Positions 1-7,125 of a stretch of DNA of 64,000 bases are shown piece by piece (the first letter of the stretch is position 1; every line of letters starts with the position of its first letter). The notes beneath the pieces are model-generated. The model made no database searches, was not told the DNA's origin, and saw nothing but the letters and a program-made list of their open reading frames with translations. Source of the DNA: a virus (Duplodnaviria > Caudoviricetes); the IMG/VR virus record IMGVR_UViG_3300028381_000129, positions 2,821 through 66,820 of that record; one strand, given 5' to 3'. The translations under genes were made by a program, and so were the position numbers.

Positions 1-1
1 T

Positions 2-1681
2 ACCGATGACCACAGCACCCGTGTTGTTGACCCGATGGTCACCAGGGTTCTGGTAGGAATAACCACCATTTTCAGGGCTGGTCAGTGACGGATCGATCCG
101 ACTCCGGCCCATGTTCCTGAACTCGACATGCCGGCGCAGACCATCATCATGGTGCATGTGCATGGTGTGGGCACGGTGACAGCCAGTGCCGGTAATGCCC
201 TTCTCCCGGACATAGGCTCCCTCGAACCGGATCGATCGAGACCAATTTGTGCAGCGAGCCTCGATGATCGTCGGGGTGCCGTCAGGCAAATTGCCGGTGT
301 GGGGCAGGTGGTTGTAAGCCAGAGGCGTGGAGAAGCTAACGATGTTGCCAGTGATCCCTGCAATCACTCGCACTTCATCATTGGACAGCTTGAAGTTGTC
401 CGCATTGTCCTGGACCATTACTCCGGCTGGGTTTGCTGGAGAGCCATTCACGATAGCTGTGGTGCCTGGATACCAGGCGTCCATAATCCGGATAGGACCT
501 GGAACACAGGCAGTTAGAGGGCCGGTATAGGTGCTGTCAGTAGTCGAACGTCCAGCGAAGGTGGTGCTGGTTATTACGATCGTGTCACCGATCCGCCAGT
601 TAGTTGGGATCGTATCAAGAGTGACCCACGTGTTGCCTTGAGCAGGGGCCACCGCAAACTTGGTGAAGGCAGTCTTGTCCTCGCCCCGCATCCGTAACTT
701 GCCCATGGTCATCAGACCGAGCTTGGTCGTTGCTCCTGGATCCCCGGTGCCGAGGAAAACACAGTGGTGACCCGGCGTAGAATCGGCAAACGGATAGCGA
801 ATGGGATCGGCGTCAGTCCCGCAGATCAGACCGCCATGAACCACCTCACTGTCGATGATCATCAGCGTCTGGACATCTGGCTTGATGTTCAGGGTTGCCG
901 TGCCACCGACATGGATCCCCCTTAGGGACAGTGCCTGGCAGGCTGAGACCACAGCGAGAGCGTCGACATCCGAAGGGGAACCAGCAAGGACATTACAGGC
1001 GTTTCGGTAGGCAGCCAGCATCTCAGTGATGCTAGAGTACCCACCGGTGCTCATCACCACATCGAAGTCGACGACGTTGGTTCCGCTGATGTTGGCCAGA
1101 TGGGTGCCACCAGGAACCGTGCCGACATCCCAGACCGTGGGATCACTCCAGTTGCCAGACTTCACCGCTGTGTGAGTAGCCGGGCCAAGACCAGGATGGG
1201 TATTGGTGTCCTGAAGCTGATCATAGATCGCTGTCCAGTATGCATCAGGAATGCCAAGACCAGCATCCCGACCACCTGACCAGTTCGCCAACGGTGCAAT
1301 CATCGGAGTTGGAGCTGGAACAGTGATGACAATCGGCGTCACCAGCGGATTGTTGCTGGCTCCAGGAAGGTTCTCGATCAGGTTGGTCGTGTAGTAGCGG
1401 TTAGCCCCCGAACCATAGGTGACCAGATCATATTCGATCGCCTTGGATCCCCGGACCACCGACGATCCGCTGATCTCAAGACGGTTGTTTTTGGTGTCGG
1501 ACAGCGTGATGGTCGAACCGAGAGTTCTGCCACTGATCAATCCAGCCAAAGTGCTGACAGCCGCCGACTCAGCTAGAGCAAACGTGCCTGTCAGGGCCGT
1601 AAGCTGGGTGGAGCTGGGCGGAACCAGAACCAGAAGAGACCCGGTGCTCGTGGAGCCAGAAAGGTTGATCGAGTGGCGCAA
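2..1681 (-). CDS. G8-domain fibre/spike protein, putative polysaccharide depolymerase (3'-partial, runs off the window edge)
   Basis: Absent from the ORF track. I checked every codon: 560 codons with no stop from TTG at 1681 (AAGGGG upstream) to the window edge. Motifs HTAVKSGNWSDPTVWDVGTVP, PTNWRIGDTIVITST and HRAHTMHMHH..VEFRNMGRS resemble bacterial G8/beta-helix proteins. Confidence 0.8.
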   Translation of the reverse strand, partial: MRHSINLSGSTSTGSLLVLVPPSSTQLTALTGTFALAESAAVSTLAGLISGRTLGSTITLSDTKNNRLEISGSSVVRGSKAIEYDLVTYGSGANRYYTTNLIENLPGASNNPLVTPIVITVPAPTPMIAPLANWSGGRDAGLGIPDAYWTAIYDQLQDTNTHPGLGPATHTAVKSGNWSDPTVWDVGTVPGGTHLANISGTNVVDFDVVMSTGGYSSITEMLAAYRNACNVLAGSPSDVDALAVVSACQALSLRGIHVGGTATLNIKPDVQTLMIIDSEVVHGGLICGTDADPIRYPFADSTPGHHCVFLGTGDPGATTKLGLMTMGKLRMRGEDKTAFTKFAVAPAQGNTWVTLDTIPTNWRIGDTIVITSTTFAGRSTTDSTYTGPLTACVPGPIRIMDAWYPGTTAIVNGSPANPAGVMVQDNADNFKLSNDEVRVIAGITGNIVSFSTPLAYNHLPHTGNLPDGTPTIIEARCTNWSRSIRFEGAYVREKGITGTGCHRAHTMHMHHDDGLRRHVEFRNMGRSRIDPSLTSPENGGYSYQNPGDHRVNNTGAVVIG

Positions 1682-1692
1682 CAGCTGGCCCC

Positions 1693-2841
1693 TTAGACAG
1701 TGATGGTGATGCCCTGCGGACAGATCAACAGCGGCATATTGGCTCGGAAGCAGCTCTCCAGGAGAGGCTCAGCAGCCGCCGAGGTGGCAGCGTCATCCGT
1801 CCACATGCCCCGGAAGCCACCACCACTGGACAGACCCGAACCCGTGATCCGGCCGTAGAACACCGTCTTCTTGCCGGCAGTCAGGTTGGCAGAGAGGGTG
1901 AGACGGATGGTGTCCGTGGTTCCTGGTTTGAGCCCGACACTGGAAACCGTCAGAGGAGTCCCACCGGTTTCGTAGGTCTTGCCGCTGGCACCAATCGCTG
2001 TCGAAGTGGTGCCGGTGTAGACTTCCCAGCCCTTGGTCGGCGTAGTCGGAACCACCAGAGCCCCACCATTAGGCAGACTGACCGTGAGATCGATCGTGTT
2101 GCTACCAGCAGCAGCGACAATGCCGGTGATCTTGGGAAATTGCCCATAGCTGGGACCAACATAAGCACCAGTCGGCTTGCGGTTGTTCTGTGCCCGCCAC
2201 CATGCCCGTGCCCGGGTGCAGACCAGCATTTCGTTATCGAAGTTGGACTGCACCGAATAGTGATCGGTATTGGCTGCGACCGAGGTATCAGGCACTTTGG
2301 TATGGAACGGGTTACCAGACGAGATGAAGCCTAGAGTAGGATTGAGCTCACACCAGAAAAGCTGAGTGATCTTGGCCAGATCATTGGAATTGACCAGATC
2401 CACTGCCATGACCAGGTTGGGGTTGCCACTCACAGTTCGCAGCTGCGAGACCAGCTGGGTCATGCCCTGCATAGCGCGCCAGGCCTGGTCTTCCCCCAGC
2501 TCACCAATATAAGGTGAACCAGTGACCTGGGAGTTGTAGGTCGAGGAGATAGCACCAGCGGTGGGATAACCGGTTTCGCCTTGAAGGAACTCCGGCAACC
2601 AGAACATGCTCTTGTCGGGTAGACTGTTGATAGCGTCTGTCAGCTGCTTGCCGCCAGATCCTGCCACCGTATTCAGCGTCCAAGTGGTTGGATCGACAGA
2701 ACCCATGTCATCAAGGATGGCATAGCTCGGGGACGCCAATGCCGAACCAGCGGTGGCAGCCGTTTCGAGACTCCGTAGTAGGGGTGTGGCCCCACGAGCA
2801 AAGAGAGTGGTTGCTGGGCTTTCTCGCGTAAAATCAACCAT
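1693..2841 (-). CDS. C-terminal part of an SGNH/SASA (sialate O-acetylesterase-like) carbohydrate esterase plus a beta-rich tail
   Basis: ARGATPL (block II-like), FLQGETG (QGE block III) and TDHYS (DxH-like block V) are present. The GQSN block I is missing and sits at the end of the upstream ORF. Confidence 0.6.
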   Translation of the reverse strand: MVDFTRESPATTLFARGATPLLRSLETAATAGSALASPSYAILDDMGSVDPTTWTLNTVAGSGGKQLTDAINSLPDKSMFWLPEFLQGETGYPTAGAISSTYNSQVTGSPYIGELGEDQAWRAMQGMTQLVSQLRTVSGNPNLVMAVDLVNSNDLAKITQLFWCELNPTLGFISSGNPFHTKVPDTSVAANTDHYSVQSNFDNEMLVCTRARAWWRAQNNRKPTGAYVGPSYGQFPKITGIVAAAGSNTIDLTVSLPNGGALVVPTTPTKGWEVYTGTTSTAIGASGKTYETGGTPLTVSSVGLKPGTTDTIRLTLSANLTAGKKTVFYGRITGSGLSSGGGFRGMWTDDAATSAAAEPLLESCFRANMPLLICPQGITITV

Positions 2842-4814
2842 TAACCGATATCCCCGAAGAGCTGAGCTGTCATCAGTGCTGACTGATGGATCCAGTAGTC
2901 AGAACCATCTGCTGACGAGCCGCCCCAGAAACCTGCGCTCTTGGCCAGCGAATTCGACTGACCGATGGCAGCCGTGCCAGTGACAGCTCGGGCAACACCA
3001 ATGCGTTGACGATGGCGGTTCTGCGCCCAGGCAATGATGGTGGCGATGTCGGCATCGGTCGGAGCTGCTCCGGTGATGACAATCTGCTCGTGGTAGATGC
3101 CCCGGAAAAACGAGCCAGCAGCGCCAGCAATGTTGTTGCCGATCGCCAGACGAGACGTGCCAGTGTTGTCCCGGAGCGTGCAGGTGATGGCATTGCCGGC
3201 CGAGTTGATGAAGGTCTTGACCGTACCTGCAACCTGGCCACTGACACCAGCTGCTGCTGAGGGAATTGCTCGACGAATGACGCAGCAAGTCTGAGCTGTC
3301 GTTGACCGATCAGTCGCTTCCTTGGCAACATAGCCACTGGCGGCACTGTTGTTCCAGGCGTTGACCCCGATGCAGCCAGGATTAGGCCCGCCAGGGCCTG
3401 TTGCCAGCGGTGCAGTAGCGGTGCCGACTGTCAAGAAGTTGTTATTGCCACCGCTTTCCGTGGTGTTGGAACCAAGGAAGGAGGGAATGGAGTAGGTAGT
3501 GGTCGTCTTGGCACTGCGAGCTCGATCGAGCGTGAAGATGTCAACAACCGTGTAGGGAGTCGATGTCGTCAGGGCGATGCCGGTACCAACGGCAGTGGCT
3601 AGGCCACGCTCGTTGTCCTCGAACATCAGGCCACTGATCTTGCCAGAGACATTCTTGAGGAAGATTGCACCATTCTGCCGGACGCTGCCGGCAGCGATAG
3701 CCACCATGTCAGGAAGAGCACCAGCACCGGTAATCCGGTTCTTCAGGGTGCTGACCCGGTTGGCACGGCCACTGGCATTGGCAGCTGTCGCTGTCATGAT
3801 GCCAGCCGTAGCTAGGGTCACCTTGGCGCTGTCATCGCTGGTTGCATCGTACCAGGCCACATAGGTGGCACCGGGAGTAGCCAGCGTCGGCAGGGTATCT
3901 GCCTGCTGACCGACCGTGATGGTGACCGTGGTCACACGCGGAGCACCCGAAGTCGGGGTCTCGGTCAGCGGGAAGGTGTAGGTGCCGTAGAGCGTCGGCG
4001 TACCCGTAATGGTCCGGGCCGCACTGTTCAGCGTCATGCCATCAGGCACAGTGCCGGTGATGGTCGTGCCTGCTGTGGCGCTGAGGATGTTGATCGTCGA
4101 AGCCGTCCCGACATTGGCTGTCGTCGCATCGAGGGTCAGCGCATTCAGGGCAGCGGTATCATCGTTGGTGACGGTGCCGAGGAAGCTGCCAGTGGTGATC
4201 GTGGCACCATTGGTCGGATTGGCCAGGGTGACCGTGAAGCCCTCGTCCGGCTCATAGGTGGTATCGCCCACCACATTGACCGTGATCGTCTTGGTGGTGT
4301 CACCTGGCGCGAAAGTCAGGGTTCCGGAAGGCAGTACACCACCGGAGAAGTCAGCTGCACTGGCCGGATTGGTTCCAGAACCGGTAACCGCCCAGTCAAC
4401 CGCATTGGTGCCACTGGTGTCGGTACTGCGGGTAACGGTGAACACGAATGCCGTGGTCCCCGAATTGCCTTCAGCCTGGGTGGCACCAGACGAAGCAATC
4501 GAGAAGCTCGGGATCAGAACCGGCACCGGACCCACACCCGTGACGAACAACGGATAGGTCATGGACAGATCGCCGAGATCTTCCTTGATCAGCGCCTTCT
4601 GGGTCGCATTGCCCAGAGCACTGGTAGCAGAGAGGGTGTCACCACCGGTCAGCGAGTAGTTGGCATTGGAGCCAGCCGCCAACGAAATCACCGATGAGGA
4701 ACCAAGCAGGTGAGGTAGCCGGATCAGGTTGCCGGTGGCGGTCGAATCGACAGAAGCATAGCGGGCTTTCGGCCTACCAGCACCGGATCCGTTGAGACCG
4801 ATCGAGTCCCGCAT
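2841..4814 (-). CDS. Multidomain fibre/spike protein: Calx-beta, putative Ig, lectin/LamG-like, and the N-terminal block of an SGNH esterase
   Basis: Start corrected to ATG 4814 (TGATG overlap with the upstream gene). Classic Calx-beta (AEGNSGTTAFVFTVTRS...GTLTFAPGDTTKTITVNVVGDTTYEPDEGFTVTL), Ig-like segment (PDGMTLNSAARTITGTPT) and IGQSNS near the C-terminus. Confidence 0.75.
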   Translation of the reverse strand: MRDSIGLNGSGAGRPKARYASVDSTATGNLIRLPHLLGSSSVISLAAGSNANYSLTGGDTLSATSALGNATQKALIKEDLGDLSMTYPLFVTGVGPVPVLIPSFSIASSGATQAEGNSGTTAFVFTVTRSTDTSGTNAVDWAVTGSGTNPASAADFSGGVLPSGTLTFAPGDTTKTITVNVVGDTTYEPDEGFTVTLANPTNGATITTGSFLGTVTNDDTAALNALTLDATTANVGTASTINILSATAGTTITGTVPDGMTLNSAARTITGTPTLYGTYTFPLTETPTSGAPRVTTVTITVGQQADTLPTLATPGATYVAWYDATSDDSAKVTLATAGIMTATAANASGRANRVSTLKNRITGAGALPDMVAIAAGSVRQNGAIFLKNVSGKISGLMFEDNERGLATAVGTGIALTTSTPYTVVDIFTLDRARSAKTTTTYSIPSFLGSNTTESGGNNNFLTVGTATAPLATGPGGPNPGCIGVNAWNNSAASGYVAKEATDRSTTAQTCCVIRRAIPSAAAGVSGQVAGTVKTFINSAGNAITCTLRDNTGTSRLAIGNNIAGAAGSFFRGIYHEQIVITGAAPTDADIATIIAWAQNRHRQRIGVARAVTGTAAIGQSNSLAKSAGFWGGSSADGSDYWIHQSALMTAQLFGDIG

Positions 4815-5086
4815 CAGTCGGTCAGCCCACAGGCAAAGGTGCAGAGCTGGGTTTTCGCCCGGACCCAGATGTGGGTGTTCGTGCCGGTGATGTCCTGGCT
4901 CGGCTGAAGCAGCCAACCAGACTGATCATCAGTAGGCTCCGTGCTGCTAGCCGAGAAGAATACCAGCAGTTGTCCAGGACCCTTGCACTGAAGGTTGGTC
5001 GTTGCCCCACCCAGCTCGGGGTAGATGGTGGTGATGTCAGTCCACTTCAGCGTCGATGCCGGCAGATCAATCTCAGACTTCGCCAT
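4814..5086 (-). CDS. Small 90-aa beta-rich protein, candidate spike base/adaptor
   Basis: First gene of the minus-strand fibre operon, translationally coupled to the fibre gene. Function is inferred only. Confidence 0.55.
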   Translation of the reverse strand: MAKSEIDLPASTLKWTDITTIYPELGGATTNLQCKGPGQLLVFFSASSTEPTDDQSGWLLQPSQDITGTNTHIWVRAKTQLCTFACGLTD

Positions 5087-5325
5087 TTTTCAATTCACCC
5101 CGATGCAAACTGGGGTCTGGCTACCATGCATGGGATTTTGAGGCAACTGAGGTGAGTCTAACACCGTCTAAATATGGCTTCCGGCCCACTCAAGAGGATC
5201 AAACCCTTTCTTTGGTTTGTCTAATCACGCGCTAAAGGTGGCTTAAGCAAGGTTGAGGTGGACAAAACCCGAAAACTTACGCATAAGAACGCCAACTCAC
5301 CCTAACCCCACCCGCAGGAAACATC

Positions 5326-6201
5326 ATGACCACCACCGCCCAGATCGTGGCGGACAGCATCTCTCCCGATGGTGTCCGTTTGACCACCATGCAGCTTCGC
5401 TATCCCAGGTTCATCCACGCAGAGTTCATGACGCACCGGATGTTCAGCCGGAATGCCTCCAGCTCTCGTGCCATTCCTGTCGCCAAGATGATCGAAGATC
5501 TCCGCCGTGATCCGGCAATGCCGGTGTTCTGGGGCTCGAATAAGCCTGGAATGCAGGCCGGAGCAGAGCTGGAAATGCACGACCTCCTAGGGGTCAAGTG
5601 TGTCTGGATTGCAGCAATGGAAGATGCCATTGCCCACGCCGAGACGCTCATGAGAACTGGTCTGCACAAGCAGATCGCCAATCGCATTCTCGAACCATGG
5701 GCTCACATCAATGTCGTGGTCACCGCAACGGACTGGTATAACTTCTATGCTCTCCGTCGGCACAAGGATGCCCAGCCGGAGATCAAGGTCCTGGCTGATG
5801 CGATGTGGGATGCCCAGCAGGCATCAATACCGAAGCTCCTTCAGCCTGGTGAATGGCATCTTCCTTACACCAATGCTGCTGACATTGATCAGAGCGTTTT
5901 CGCAGAAACACCTGAAGCGATTGAGATGGTAAAGAAGGTCTCGGTCGCTCGCTGTGCCCGGGTCTCCTACCTGACCCATGACGGCAAGCAGACCACGGTA
6001 GAAGAAGACCTCAAGCTTTACGATCGTCTGCTTGGTTCCAGCCCTCTCCACGCTTCACCGGCCGAGCATCAGGCAACCCCTGATAGACAATACTATCAGG
6101 ATAATGGTTTGGTGGATTGGGATCGGTCTGAGCTGCATGGCAATTTCACCGGCTGGATCCAGTTCAGGAAGACCCTCCAGAACGAATGGGTGCCAGGATG
6201 A
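5326..6201 (+). CDS. thyX: FAD-dependent thymidylate synthase ThyX
   Basis: ThyX signature THRMFSRNASSSR, plus SVARCARVSY and HASPAEHQA; AGGA SD. Confidence 0.95.
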   Translation: MTTTAQIVADSISPDGVRLTTMQLRYPRFIHAEFMTHRMFSRNASSSRAIPVAKMIEDLRRDPAMPVFWGSNKPGMQAGAELEMHDLLGVKCVWIAAMEDAIAHAETLMRTGLHKQIANRILEPWAHINVVVTATDWYNFYALRRHKDAQPEIKVLADAMWDAQQASIPKLLQPGEWHLPYTNAADIDQSVFAETPEAIEMVKKVSVARCARVSYLTHDGKQTTVEEDLKLYDRLLGSSPLHASPAEHQATPDRQYYQDNGLVDWDRSELHGNFTGWIQFRKTLQNEWVPG

Positions 6202-6527
6202 TCCACTCACCTCCCCAGATACGTACCGGCTTCACCACACCAGCCAAGGGAACCAGAGGAAGGCAGCTGATCCTGCTTCTGCTGAGGCCACAGGGTCTTT
6301 CCTGGGTCGAGGCGAAGCAGCAGGGATTCATCCACAGGGCTTTCGACTTCAAGGTTTCGGTGGCCCGGATCGAGTTCGAGCACGGCTTCGACATCCGGAT
6401 GATCGGTCAGGTCGGAGACGGTGGCGAGATCGGCAACGTCTATCGGATCGTCGGCCGTCATCGCTGGAATGGATCCTACCGAGCCATCGTCAAAGTCCCT
6501 GACACCTGGCCCAACGTCCGACAATAA
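6198..6527 (+). CDS. Hypothetical protein, 109 aa
   Basis: ATGA overlap with the thyX stop; operon-like packing. Confidence 0.6.
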   Translation: MIHSPPQIRTGFTTPAKGTRGRQLILLLLRPQGLSWVEAKQQGFIHRAFDFKVSVARIEFEHGFDIRMIGQVGDGGEIGNVYRIVGRHRWNGSYRAIVKVPDTWPNVRQ

Positions 6528-6547
6528 CCTCTCTCCTGGATCGCACC

Positions 6548-6805
6548 ATGAACCCCAAATCCGTCAATGTCCGAATGGACCGTGAGACCGGTCAACTTTG
6601 GTTGACCGAGGAAAAATACCGCAAGCCCATCCGCAAGATCGCCGACATCACTGGTCCGGTTCTGCTCGCCATGTGCGCAGAATCGAACACGATGGGTGGC
6701 CCTGGCGGTATGAGCAAGGATGTCCGCTTTGCTGACGGTAGTATCATCCGGATCACTGTCGAGAATGTTGATCCCGAAGAGCGGGAGATTTCTGCTCATG
6801 GCTGA
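6548..6805 (+). CDS. Hypothetical protein, 85 aa
   Basis: ORF in the co-oriented gene run with genome-typical codon usage. Confidence 0.65.
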   Translation: MNPKSVNVRMDRETGQLWLTEEKYRKPIRKIADITGPVLLAMCAESNTMGGPGGMSKDVRFADGSIIRITVENVDPEEREISAHG

Positions 6806-7013
6806 GCAACACACAATACAGAGCAACTCGGTCTGGTCTTACAAAGGCAAGCGATACCAGGTGAATAGCCTGATGCTTCGCAATCTGAGCCAGGATCCTG
6901 AGCTCGATGTGTGGCGGCCCACGGTTCGTTACACGGCTTATCCCAACATTGACGGATTGGTTTTCTACCGATCGGACCCCGAGTTCCTGCGCAAGTTCAA
7001 GTTCGTCGAATAA
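6798..7013 (+). CDS. Small hypothetical protein, DUF1653-like
   Basis: ATG 6798 overlaps the previous gene; HYKG-like SYKGKRYQV and terminal YRS..EFLRKF pattern. Confidence 0.55.
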   Translation: MAEQHTIQSNSVWSYKGKRYQVNSLMLRNLSQDPELDVWRPTVRYTAYPNIDGLVFYRSDPEFLRKFKFVE

Positions 7014-7052
7014 CCTTATTTTTCAATTAGCACCGGCCCGGCACAGCGGGCT

Positions 7053-7078
7053 CGGCGAAAGCCTGTCGGCTTTCGCTG
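7053..7078 (+). promoter_or_regulatory. Intergenic stem-loop upstream of rIIA
   Basis: CGGCGAAAGCC-TGTC-GGCTTTCGCTG: 11-bp stem with one G-U pair. Confidence 0.5.
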
Positions 7079-7125
7079 TTGACCCTCGCTGTGCCCTGGC
7101 CTGGTCCTTACCCGAGAGAAACATC

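Noticed and set aside
4816-4916. ORF-track starts at 4916 (and similarly 6907, 13893, 18359, 20755, 52066)
   Set aside because: These are upstream extensions overlapping other genes; downstream ATG/GTG starts with SD sites or stop-start coupling fit better.
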